DNA of 30,803 bases. It comes from a virus. Its lineage: Duplodnaviria; Caudoviricetes. Positions 12,001 through 17,857 of this stretch are shown here, one piece after another; the stretch's first letter is position 1, and each line of letters opens with the position of its first letter. A program made the position numbers and the translations under genes. The stretch is taken from the IMG/VR virus record IMGVR_UViG_3300038675_000500, positions 1 through 30,803 of that record. The stretch is one strand, 5' to 3'. The notes under the pieces were generated by a model. The model saw only the letters and a list, made by a program, of their open reading frames with translations. It was not told where the DNA came from and did no database searches.

Positions 12001-14690
12001 AGGATTTTGATCGTGATTTTGAAAAACCACTGCTGGAAGCAATCGCCGATATTACCACTAATGATTTTGATCTTAGTTCAGGGGATCTAATTTCTTATCG
12101 GGATATTGAGGAATACCTAAAAGCGAAGCACGGTCTGGAACGAAATGAGAAGATGAATGATGAGGCACAAGCTAAAACTAAAGGTAAATATACCAATAGG
12201 ATTTTTGGAGGGATCCCAACCTCGATGCTTCATCAACGTGGGCTGAAAAAGGATGCATCTAATGTTAATGAGATCAGGGCTGATATAACCTATGAAGAAT
12301 TAACAGAATACCTGAAAGACACGGTCCGGAAATTTGAAAGAAATGTCAATTCTGATCGATTGAATAATCTTTGGGATAAGATTAATAAGGCGACAAACTT
12401 TACACTTGATCGTTGGTTTAGCGATGGGTTTCTATCGTTAGATGAGTACTTGAAACTAACTGGAGAGAACGGGTATAAATACTATGTGCCGTTGAGAGGA
12501 TGGATTGGTGATGTAGCTAATGATCTTTTTGAGTATCAAAACAAGCAGGTAGGTGGTGCCTTCAATCCCAACAAGAAAGCTTTTGGCCGTTCCTCTGAGG
12601 CGGATGATACTATCCCCTATATTATCTCGATGGCTGGTAGTGCTATTGTAGCAGGCAATAAGAATAATACCAAGCGATTATTGCTTCATATTGCTCGTGA
12701 TTCGAGAGATCTAGCCAAGGATTTAATTCGAGTGAAATATTTTTATGAGGTCATTAATGATCGGGGTGAATGGGAAGATGTGGGAGATGCTCGGCCAGAA
12801 CAAAAATTATTTGATGAAAAGAAAGCTAGGATACGAAGAGATCGAGATGTTGGAAGGGCAAGTAAATATGAAGCAGCACAACATGAGGTAGAAGTATTCG
12901 AGAATGGAGAGAAAAAGATTGTACAGCTGGCTGATCCACAAGCTGCTTCCGCAATCAATGGAGAGAATTTGCAAGAGATGGGGCCTATTTTAGAGACTCT
13001 TAGTAAATTCACTAGGTTCTGGGCTGCATTGACTACTTCGAAGAACCCGGCTTTCATCATTCCGAACATGATTCGTGACCTTCGATTTGCATTCCGTGGG
13101 ATCATGGTTGACGAGGGGGTGGCTAATTCTATGAGATTCATGGCTAACTACGGGAAAGCGCAAGCTGCTGTTTTAAGGGCTGTTTCCGGTAAAGCCAATA
13201 TGGACAAAAAGTACGATAAGCTATACCAGCAATTCCGTAATGATGGTGGCATAACTGGAATCACCAAGCTAGATGACATCAAGAAGATCAAACGAAAGAT
13301 GGAGCGAGAAGCCCACCAGTTAATTGAGGAACGAAAAAAGGGAATCAAAAACCCATTGATATGGGTCAAAAAACTATTTCTGTTGGAGGATAGGTTAACG
13401 ACTAATCTGGCCGAGTGGAGTGAGAATATATCCAGATTTGCAACCTATTTAACCTATCTCGATATGGGTAGGTCTAGACAGGAGTCTGCAACAAGAGCCA
13501 AGGAGATTACCACAAACTTTGATAGGCGTGGTACCTGGTCAAGCGGAATCAATGCTGCGTATGCATTTTTTAATGCTAGGGTTCAGGGAATCAAACGGTA
13601 TGGCGATCTATGGAAGAAGAACCCGGGCATTATGGCTACATGGACTGCTTTTGACATGGCCCTTGGTTTTGCACTTGCCGCATTAATGGATAGCTGGTAT
13701 GGTGATGACCCGGACGAGGAGGGAACTAAAAAAGGCGATAAGGTTAACCGATTTGTACGGCATAATTATCTTAATATCCCCGTGCCAGGATCTGATAAAC
13801 TAATTAGCATTCCGAATCCTCATTCCTTTGCTTTTTTCCACGCAATTGGATCAACTCTATATGATGTAATGAGTGGGAAGATGGACGGGAAAGAGGCACT
13901 TTCTTTCAGTTTTGATGCTTTTGCTAATAATTTAATACCTATTGATCTTGGAGGAGCCTTCAATAATGAGGGTAGATTGTCTGCGAGACCTATTGTTCCG
14001 ACATTCTTTGTCCCAATATATGATCTTATTGTTAATGAGGATTACGCAGGGAGGATGATTTATCGTGAACCATTTACGAAAGATCTGGAAAAGAAACTAT
14101 CTCCAAGTCAGCTCTATATGAATGGTACCAACCGGATGCTCCGAGTTATTACTGATGCAGCCTATCAGGCTACTGGTGGAGATCTGGAGACCGGAATGAG
14201 ATATTACTATGAAGGAGGCAAGAAGAAGCGAGCTTGGGGAGGAGAGGTAAATCCAGCAGCTATTGAGCATATCTTAGAAACGACTCTGTCAGGTAAAGGT
14301 CAATTCTATAACCAGCTTTTCAAAATTGCTATTCGTCCCCTTGAAAAGAATAAAGAACCACTTCAGAGCTATGATATTCCAGTGGTCAGTAGATTCGTTC
14401 GGACTGCCTGGGGTGATCCAATTAAAGATAAATTCTACGATAATATCCGGGAGGCTGGAGATATTATCTCAGCCTATAAAATGGCCAAGGGTGTGATTGA
14501 GCAGGGGAATGTACTCAACGAAATTGGTAGAACTCGATACGAAAATGCCAAAGAGATCATAAAAATCAATAACCAGATTCGTGATATCAACGAAGACTTG
14601 GCTAGTTCGAAGGTAACTCAGGCACATAAAGATCTTCTTATGAAGAAAAAACGAGAAAACATGAGAAAAATTAATCAGATAGAATTATGA
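3..14690 (+). CDS. Giant polyvalent virion/ejection protein (DarB-like functions), 5' partial, at least 4895 aa
   Basis: The frame of the listed 162..14690 ORF is open back to position 3 (PVGILSLSEFLERKKGK...), so the true start lies upstream of the window. It has helicase, MTase, HExxxH peptidase, JAB and ART-like motifs, with Gly/Ala-rich hydrophobic helices near both ends. The stop overlaps the portal ATG (ATGA). Confidence 0.9.
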   Translation, partial: PVGILSLSEFLERKKGKSVSAPAAPEGPGDFTKHWNWDDLETPATDIAGTAAEVPSSITEKTPDTRVRGTFGQGFGDMEQWMRGGGQYEVGNVAYDLSRKKQINEIAQEFASGKRPEDQDYEQTVNVWRRGLQELEEQNKDLEKQWAKRVRPPVGMTDTKQILEWNKAREQSWDKNKEWTVYQDRRKAMMDEIRKAKILASEEKKGPEDVRTRVMERATQTAWHEDLMERGSRNINEAEGRMGERKGFFYEAGKMAMNIAPSVAAVASSMIPGVGGVTSRLIGYANIGAMSMGVGGNFLHEYDKYHAENNLPVDEVDRYKYSVAGMAAEALPEMLGLEAFIPKGFMARTVGKKILEAGPGGRKLISEFVSKSPQIGKQVLRNTAIGALVEGPGEEGVTEIAQGLVRNWMVEEEDKTGFLDMAKNVAVASAMGSAMGGFLGPMGTAAQTMNQRQVRQQNGAVILAENKETGEVVEVTGRDENGYHTYTRDGVHQVVPEKALGSNVRIPIDDWKKIELALPKEKDRILAMETEIMQGDIDRRAEGVVKDITREDGSVLQTTVGIGESQKPVWIIAGDPAGDDVVIVSDQDGNRWMTSPKLFTTPVQPLDPVALYDQIRQSGYQSIGIQQIDKGIQTGVVDIQKPVHQEIPKPGSMVYWRGADGTERQVTVQQGEPTADGQIPIIWEENGEELTEWVDPSDLTNEEQKQTLEAQKQEEEIAPGETGEVVTAEQPAVSYSLPTKGGKKAKLDAVKTSEDEVQINKVFTTKPTGTLKALKANYPKRDWSIVDQTEDDPDAPAQFVIVGKSKVSKSKGQVEPAPVATLQQPEVQKPVAESPITEDLTEPSVDKIETTEDVVRKKAAEQQLTPTPTRPEIRTEPVTPDAGRDQTVPAGPYRKEGGTGVVDQPGGGGLRRGEQGQSPQDPVQAVPGSVPSGIKYYKKATNTGGTFYQDESGKVVPFESIPKDATIVDDSIEKAPFDKPKFAGEVIEKGTSEQEYRAMSVDDLVKLKKSKYPNPDITTPMSADEKLLDRIIAEKFSEINQGILEKRKKEKEYGKSNTVFTEDAAAKAREILKRKLGNLNVGIDPEVMMAGIQLAGYHIEAGARKFADFSRAMINDIGEGIRPYLKSFYESIRNWPGFVPKDLDSQQFVSNFDIDNFNPQENVFDRPESSQPDRTNRADAVPGDEESVPAGRETSREGGTGTQKPGEEGNRGRPGGKSGSGLFTPDPGEPGNQPVYQPDQKPATKGNDARDSYSKGSLFGSTEGVYDESGADQENEEGDPYASKSFAEQTARRLKLQKKAEPVQVVIGDLENIKETLPFLLPEQQDDVLKSETRFFSPVHKTQALANGKGFLFTNGTGTGKTYTGLGIVKRFAKQGKKNILIVVPTQPKVNDWANDGKNLFLDIKPLPDTSTGGEGIVVTTYANFRANNELLKRDFDLIIYDECHRLMESKAGSASQTTETHYLAANKDFGYAFRRLTGTHPLWIEERKLNKMIRRQAKIMRNPDLMDHIYQEYQKKLDEYEAKLEKIKEQQESVRPGIEERAKQAAENTKVVFLSATPFKSHFNLRYANGFLFDWGNETTYEGYSRVDAESRFFLDHFGSAYEWKFHRLQTKQNANAEAIALQEVQFAEGLFEKGVMSGRVIESERDYSREFPRVAGLQTNDINQAFSDIYNYEANDFNRLRDAARSVFYDYNYSTQLFESLRTSVSIPRIRKHIELGRKVVVFHRRKQANASPPFAMVLAITRNTANGVLNSELSSQKQKDDAMEALTQASKFESKYASLLEYEKTLNYGSAINQISQAFGDRVVYVNGDITSKKTKSDNIRRFQDDNSGVDIIVVQEESGKEGISLHDQTGNRQRVLMSMSMPISSITALQMEGRIYRIGQETDAIFEYPILGLDMEIAHFGQNINKKLSTTENLAVGDQSRDLIRSFAEGVLFSEGEENPNKQQGIGGKEYDKKVQQAMSDFRKAILVYQSNQKNRRSRGQREGVDYFATPEPLGQKMVEWLDLQVEETALEPSAGHGAIAMWFPSFTNITAIEPAFELYSKLNARSGGGNRKIIQSTFEEHNIVNKYDGIVMNPPFGTAGKTAMNHVEKAFRHLRNGGRLVAIVPAGPSMDKRVDNFLYGKDEKGHTINPEAYLVGDILLPSVTFEQAGTSVNARVLVIDKHIAPLDDQPNFGSIDLRDAKKIGELFERLEFITVPGKEKPQESSPIPNLSLQTTDRGYILPNKTKEVGQFETFTQSHSQTGETLYMANPSIFLARPEYDRINKIAKKHGGYFSSYSSAVKNIKKGFVFKNEESRTKFLNEAGDASVPLSQGTQPKAGMTVQDVRKIVDKINSVAVNPPKIVVVANDTEFPEKIRQLASFKPNHIKAAVYPEAIYMNASMFSNRDQVVGTWVHEVGVHHGMTRLIPDKDIRDGLFRKVWMSANAHAMRGNEEYKKIIRFINENYHLRSNIEAQKGNEFLAYLSDKVIRGDQLTNADRTIWQQFINKMKELLARLFNFNADVLTTNEISNIVRAAVETNFSSRISKDQSIVNEKENKYNFIQTQINWGEEVSFKRPENVASDPGMSEIQREADYSPDHSNSITFAEDQLSDRGYLTFMGDALTGPARIKSANDVAFLFKNLENASTENVFVVHMDDKGKYKVQYLTTGSSVGSIVPIKHIISAAKEFGATRLVMVHNHPSGNLEQSQNDKLIDEQIRKAAEVVGINALPGIIINLDSGKFAMIGDPKSDIQNKIEVTASIKKQKIYSFDRKKLYVPSSDRTVIRESSDIAEFLSKQKRGIVGKVHAIILDQRNSVTKYILYDGNISTDELSKELLPEIGKSGERVVIASSYNLNLDIRELNRLLEYIDSKILDYIIVKQDKDIIRNYESWVDRYGSLGESESKYGNEVAKKRNPMFVGDMLKEEKFDQATRKKLNQIEKEYNETPYKESMVKFGISEKGTSANVAEEPGTELPATITIDGVERSTTNSEGRPIAPTVEGIRNFYRWFGESKVVDAQGRPLVVYHGTRTNFTTFRRGDIGFHFGNKSQARGRVGRGRDAILMPVYLNIKSYADLTTDFGNWEADMDLADNLHEWGVITDEQHAEIESNPVGDYYNGVYSRAARRLVGMIKENGYDGIRYKNRFEAKTAPSFIVFSPSQIKSATGNMGSFDPDNNDIRFRTVSPIGFYSTVENALESIKQGKGTPEQFKAMLLKNGAKQAELDWMDYDGTFTGKSVTKTEIQDWIDQNRIEVKEVEKGKLGQIKSIPRSEWVNNLIDDSVPEKLNDGGDWVDSNGSLILYNGEESYVDVFIRDLGDYFSSDFISTLKQSENIEITDDTTKYSQYTLPGGKNYKELLLTMPDKSPKLFTTKVIGNKWFVIDSDGKIASEPLTAKFEAEEIAKRRTEIESGKKINNFKSSHFDEPNILAHIRFNERTVNGERVLFLEEIQSDWAQKGKKEGFKSDSNEDEYNSVSAELARIKDEKEAYRKEIDPYNESSIPTLKAEYPRMKELDEKENQLIDREYELRRKMNGVPDMPFKQTGQWVNLALRRMMMYAAENGYDRIAWTTGEQQAERYDLSKQVDAIEITKDADGYKIIGRQNGENALTQFADNESDLANIIGKELASKIVNDNIPEGKTKIYEGQDIKVGGEGMKGFYDNIVPAQASKLVKPFGAKLETIVIQTKKESVKVNSIPITESMASSVQQGVPLFRSSTGKNVIEEAKYNALQKFFDKVSKEAIQAGKIHVYSSRSQVPKSLQRALPNQKVSGFYTAQTGESYFILNEIDNVSEAFKAWVHEVGVHGGLRKIIPVSVFNKLMGKIYNDLGTKEIRRLIPEYYWELPEHIQAEEYLAFLAERIINEEDLTSSEISTWRKIIESFKELLNKLFRNAKFTTNDAETLVKTSVQNLFQRESLAGDMLQGKSRKDYSKRGEDEIRLRVSKLEKMSDGEFREKYRDWVPTMTNLENSFIERNIERTLIDSGQALKNLLDEVEKRGVTIGYDKSAYEEQLRSRGKNRTHMEDFDRDFEKPLLEAIADITTNDFDLSSGDLISYRDIEEYLKAKHGLERNEKMNDEAQAKTKGKYTNRIFGGIPTSMLHQRGLKKDASNVNEIRADITYEELTEYLKDTVRKFERNVNSDRLNNLWDKINKATNFTLDRWFSDGFLSLDEYLKLTGENGYKYYVPLRGWIGDVANDLFEYQNKQVGGAFNPNKKAFGRSSEADDTIPYIISMAGSAIVAGNKNNTKRLLLHIARDSRDLAKDLIRVKYFYEVINDRGEWEDVGDARPEQKLFDEKKARIRRDRDVGRASKYEAAQHEVEVFENGEKKIVQLADPQAASAINGENLQEMGPILETLSKFTRFWAALTTSKNPAFIIPNMIRDLRFAFRGIMVDEGVANSMRFMANYGKAQAAVLRAVSGKANMDKKYDKLYQQFRNDGGITGITKLDDIKKIKRKMEREAHQLIEERKKGIKNPLIWVKKLFLLEDRLTTNLAEWSENISRFATYLTYLDMGRSRQESATRAKEITTNFDRRGTWSSGINAAYAFFNARVQGIKRYGDLWKKNPGIMATWTAFDMALGFALAALMDSWYGDDPDEEGTKKGDKVNRFVRHNYLNIPVPGSDKLISIPNPHSFAFFHAIGSTLYDVMSGKMDGKEALSFSFDAFANNLIPIDLGGAFNNEGRLSARPIVPTFFVPIYDLIVNEDYAGRMIYREPFTKDLEKKLSPSQLYMNGTNRMLRVITDAAYQATGGDLETGMRYYYEGGKKKRAWGGEVNPAAIEHILETTLSGKGQFYNQLFKIAIRPLEKNKEPLQSYDIPVVSRFVRTAWGDPIKDKFYDNIREAGDIISAYKMAKGVIEQGNVLNEIGRTRYENAKEIIKINNQIRDINEDLASSKVTQAHKDLLMKKKRENMRKINQIEL
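3950..5770 (+). other. Domain: SF2 helicase/ATPase, strawberry-notch-like (boundaries approximate)
   Basis: Walker A NGTGTGKT (~4065), Walker B DECH (4326), motif III SAT (~4670), motif V ESGKEGISLH (~5523), motif VI QMEGRIYR (~5622). GISLH is typical of the strawberry-notch clade. Confidence 0.85.
5970..6500 (+). other. Domain: DNA N6-adenine (amino) methyltransferase
   Basis: DYFATPEPL (motif X), LEPSAGHGAI (SAM-binding motif I) and MNPPFG (catalytic motif IV, ~6231) occur in gamma-class order. Confidence 0.9.
6970..7580 (+). other. Domain: zincin-like metallopeptidase (MPTase-PolyVal-like), copy 1
   Basis: WVHEVGVHHG at 7188 plus downstream NEFLAY third-ligand helix. Confidence 0.75.
7830..8640 (+). 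other. Domain: RadC-like JAB (intact) followed by a degenerate second JAB copy
   Basis: Copy 1: IKSANDVAFLF..STENVFVVHMD...VHNHPSGNLEQSQND. Copy 2: IRESSDIAEFL...VHAIILDQRN...ILDYIIV, lacking HxHPS. Confidence 0.8.
8950..9488 (+). other. Domain: ADP-ribosyltransferase-like (ART-PolyVal-like)
   Basis: FYRWFGESKVVDAQGRPLVVYHGT, GFHFG, MPVYLNIK, NGYDGI, FIVFSPSQIKSATGNMGSFD...DIRF match the signature of this polyvalent-protein module. Confidence 0.8.
11170..11670 (+). other. Domain: zincin-like metallopeptidase, copy 2
   Basis: WVHEVGVHGG at 11325 plus AEEYLAFLAE. Confidence 0.75.
13740..14420 (+). other. Domain: LPD38-like C-terminal region of large polyvalent proteins
   Basis: Pattern RHNYLNIP...ISIPNP...IVPTFFVPIYDLIVNEDYAGRMIY...NPAAIEH, preceded by ENISRFATY...AKEITTNFDRRG...YAFFNARVQG. 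Recognised from memory of the family. Confidence 0.6.
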
Positions 14691-16669
14691 AACCACTTGA
14701 CAAATCGCTATATACAGTCTCGTATTTGATGCCTTCCAAGCCTAAGGAGGAGGTTATAAAAGGCCGTATTGCTGCACTCAATAGAGGCGATGGCCAAGAA
14801 AATCTTGAATTACTAGATCAGTCTGGTCTCTTTTGGTCTGCTCTAGAAGACTTTAGGGACCGAAGAAGCAAATCCCGAAAATACGAACGAGGCGATCAGT
14901 GGCATGAGCTTGTTCAGGACGAAAACGGAGAATGGGTACGGGAAGATACTTTGATCAGAGAACAGAACCGTTTGGCGCTTAAACATAATGTCATCCGGCA
15001 GTTGGTGAAGAATTTGCTTGGTCAGTACCGGACTAATCAGGCCAAGAGTGTGGTTTTTTCTCGGACCCGTGAGGATGCTTCATTATGTGAAATGATGACA
15101 AACGCTCTTCAGGCGGTGAAGGAACTTAATCAAACAAAAGAAATGGATGCTCAGCAATTTCATGAGCACATTCTATCTGGGATGGTGGTTGGAAAAGTTG
15201 GATATGATTATTTCCGTGAGCTTGACCGAAATGATGTACTGATCGAAAATATTAATGTTAATCGGATATTCTTTAACACCGATGTGATGGATATTCGGAC
15301 TAAGGATCTCAATCTGATTGGAGAGATCATTGACATTGATATGGATACCCTGATATCAAGATTTGCACGAGACAGAGATGATGAGGAATATATCCGTCAA
15401 GCTTATATTGACGTAAAAGGTTTTGTTACAGCACAATCAGATGCAATGAGTGCTGATTCTGTTGATTCGATTAACTTCTATTCTGCTAATGATGGGAAAT
15501 ACCGTGTATATGAGATTTGGTACCTCAAGAGTGAATGGAGACTTTGGGTACATGACCCCTCCCAAGGCACTTACCGATTTTACCGGCTCGAGGATGAAGA
15601 TATGCTCCATGCCGAAATGGAGAGCCGGATTATCCGGGCAGCTCAGTATGGCATTCTCCCAGAGGAGATCCCGCAGCTCAAAATCGAGAGACGATATGAA
15701 CAGTTTTGGTATGTGAAATTTCTTACCCCTAATGGTAAGGTTTTATATGAAGGAGAAACACCCTATTTACATCAGCGACACCCTTATATACTAAGCCTTT
15801 ATCCTTTGCTTGATGGAGAAGTATGGGGCCTTGTGGAAGATGTGATTGATCAGCAACGCTATATCAACAGATTGATATCATTGCTTGATTATATTATGGG
15901 GACTTCTGCTAAGGGGTTATTGATGGTTCCGGAGGAATCAATTCCGGAAGGGATGAACCCTGATGACTTCTCAGACGAATGGACTAAGGTAGGAGGAGTT
16001 ATCGTGTATAAATCCAGAGGGGGGACACCTGCGCCAACGGTTATTTCTTCGAACTCAACCAATATCGGCGCTAGTGAAATCCTTGCAGTAGAGATGCAGC
16101 TCATTAACCAGCTTACTGGAATCAATCAAGCTATCCAGGGAATCCAAAGCTCTGCTTCTGATCCGGCCAGCAAATATGCAATGATGGCCCAACATTCTAG
16201 CATGAATAACCGGGATGTGATTGAAAATTTTCATAGCTGGATCCAGAGACGTGATAATATTGTTTTGCAGACTATCATTCAATTCTATAATGAGAAAACC
16301 TACCTGGGTATTTCCGGTCATTCGTATGCGGATGAGGCTAAATATTATGATCCGGAAGCAGTTAAGGATATTCAGTTCTTTACGCAGATATCAGCTATGT
16401 CGGATACGCCAGTATATCGTCAGATGATTGATGATACACTCTTTAAATTACTTGAGCTTCAGGTTATTGATGGCAAGATGTTCCTGGAAAATACATCGTT
16501 GCCTTTCGCAGACAAGATCTTAGATGGTATTAGTAAGAAACAAGAGGAGATCGCTGAACAGGCTCAAGAGGCTGGCATTGATCCAGGAAACCCCTTAGAA
16601 AATGTTAATCCAGTATTAGCTAATGCGTTGATGCAGGAGGGTGGAGTTGCGAAACCTAAGATACTGTAA
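14687..16669 (+). CDS. Portal protein, P22-like
   Basis: 660 aa. YERGDQW...NRLALKHNVIRQLVKNLLGQYR, HPYI...GLVEDVIDQQRYINR, QLTGINQAIQG are typical of podovirus portals. Confidence 0.85.
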   Translation: MKPLDKSLYTVSYLMPSKPKEEVIKGRIAALNRGDGQENLELLDQSGLFWSALEDFRDRRSKSRKYERGDQWHELVQDENGEWVREDTLIREQNRLALKHNVIRQLVKNLLGQYRTNQAKSVVFSRTREDASLCEMMTNALQAVKELNQTKEMDAQQFHEHILSGMVVGKVGYDYFRELDRNDVLIENINVNRIFFNTDVMDIRTKDLNLIGEIIDIDMDTLISRFARDRDDEEYIRQAYIDVKGFVTAQSDAMSADSVDSINFYSANDGKYRVYEIWYLKSEWRLWVHDPSQGTYRFYRLEDEDMLHAEMESRIIRAAQYGILPEEIPQLKIERRYEQFWYVKFLTPNGKVLYEGETPYLHQRHPYILSLYPLLDGEVWGLVEDVIDQQRYINRLISLLDYIMGTSAKGLLMVPEESIPEGMNPDDFSDEWTKVGGVIVYKSRGGTPAPTVISSNSTNIGASEILAVEMQLINQLTGINQAIQGIQSSASDPASKYAMMAQHSSMNNRDVIENFHSWIQRRDNIVLQTIIQFYNEKTYLGISGHSYADEAKYYDPEAVKDIQFFTQISAMSDTPVYRQMIDDTLFKLLELQVIDGKMFLENTSLPFADKILDGISKKQEEIAEQAQEAGIDPGNPLENVNPVLANALMQEGGVAKPKIL

Positions 16670-16710
16670 TGGTTAGGTGTTTTTTCATAACTTGGTTAGG
16701 ATTAGTTGGG

Positions 16711-16743
16711 GCATGGGAAGCTATCAGGCTTCCCTTGCTTTTT
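16711..16743 (+). terminator. Rho-independent terminator after the portal gene
   Basis: GCAtGGGAAGC-tatcag-GCTTCCCtTGC followed by a T run. Confidence 0.7.
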
Positions 16744-16757
16744 AATTTTATTTTAGG

Positions 16758-17732
16758 ATGAAGAAAAAACATGAAATAGGCGAGATAGTATGTTCTTATT
16801 TGGAACGATTCCCGAATGAGTACAGCAGAACGATCGCCCGGGCTATCTATAAGAAATATCCAAAATTAGGCACGATAGAATCTATTCGTAGCAGGATTCG
16901 ATATTATAGATCTTCTAACGGGAAGTACGCCAGAATGACTCTTAACGACACACGTTTCGTTGATTATGATATCCCTGAAAGTGACATGGAAATCCGGGAG
17001 GATTTTATTCTTCCTAAAGATGCAAATGATATTCTTCTGTTATATGATGTTCATGCTTGCTATCATGATACCAGGGCAATAGATGCCATGCTTGATTGGT
17101 GCATTGATAAAAAGATTAACACAATTGTTATAGGGGGAGACTTCCTAGATTTTTATAAGGGTTCATCTTTTATGCAGGATATTAGAAAGCGAGATCTGTG
17201 GGAAGAAATAGAGATTGGCCAGAAACTCTTGAAATACATTAAGGAGGGAGTCAATCCAAGGAAAATATTTTACCTAATGGGTAATCATGAAGCTAGGTGG
17301 GATCGCTATCTTAAAGTTAACGCTCCTCAGCTGATCAAGTTTCCGCAGTTTCGAATAAGTCAATTATTAAATATGCCTGGGGTTGAATTTATCGAGCATG
17401 GTCGATTGATTCGTGCAGGGAACTATTTCATCGGTCATGGGGATGAGTTTGGTGGGAGAAGTTCAAACCTTATTTCTCCGGCACGGACTTTTTCTTTAAG
17501 AGCGAAGGCTAACTTTATTGGAGGACATTTCCATAAAACTGGTACCGAACCAATAGAGGGATTGACAGATGAGATTATGTTTTGCCATAGTGTCGGCTGT
17601 TTGTGTGGGTTGTATCCGGAATTTATGAGATATAATAGATGGAATCATGGTTTTGCCAGACTCGTAATAGATGACAATGGGATTGGAAAAGTTTCCAATA
17701 TAAGAATCTACAAGGGTGTTGTTGCTGAGTGA
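16758..17732 (+). CDS. Calcineurin-like metallophosphoesterase with a basic N-terminal helical extension
   Basis: All five motifs are present: DVH, GDFLD, GNHE, HG, GHFH. C-terminal WNHGF is common in phage members. Confidence 0.9.
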   Translation: MKKKHEIGEIVCSYLERFPNEYSRTIARAIYKKYPKLGTIESIRSRIRYYRSSNGKYARMTLNDTRFVDYDIPESDMEIREDFILPKDANDILLLYDVHACYHDTRAIDAMLDWCIDKKINTIVIGGDFLDFYKGSSFMQDIRKRDLWEEIEIGQKLLKYIKEGVNPRKIFYLMGNHEARWDRYLKVNAPQLIKFPQFRISQLLNMPGVEFIEHGRLIRAGNYFIGHGDEFGGRSSNLISPARTFSLRAKANFIGGHFHKTGTEPIEGLTDEIMFCHSVGCLCGLYPEFMRYNRWNHGFARLVIDDNGIGKVSNIRIYKGVVAE

Positions 17733-17736
17733 ACAC

Positions 17737-17781
17737 AAAGTGAACTACCCATTTGTCTTTAGCAAATGGGTAGTTCACTTT
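17737..17781. terminator. Perfect 19-bp inverted repeat, probable bidirectional terminator between convergent blocks
   Basis: AAAGTGAACTACCCATTTG-tctttag-CAAATGGGTAGTTCACTTT. Confidence 0.7.
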
Positions 17782-17856
17782 TAGAATATAAAATATATTT
17801 TTCTAAAGACGCAATTCATCCAATCCACGCAAGCGATGAATTGGATTTCTTGCTAA
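17740..17856 (+). mobile_element. Possible non-autonomous IS200/IS605-family remnant (left and right end hairpins only)
   Basis: Starts GTGAACTACCC-hairpin and ends GACGCAATTCATCC...CACGCAAGCGATG...GGATTTCTTGC, resembling IS200/IS605 (TnpB/IscB) ends as I recall them. No ORF lies between. Confidence 0.45.
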
Positions 17857-17857
17857 A

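Noticed and set aside
256-13369. Many 60-213 aa ORFs overlapping the giant gene on other frames or strands
   Set aside because: These are shadow ORFs of a long coding frame, with no motifs or independent initiation signals.
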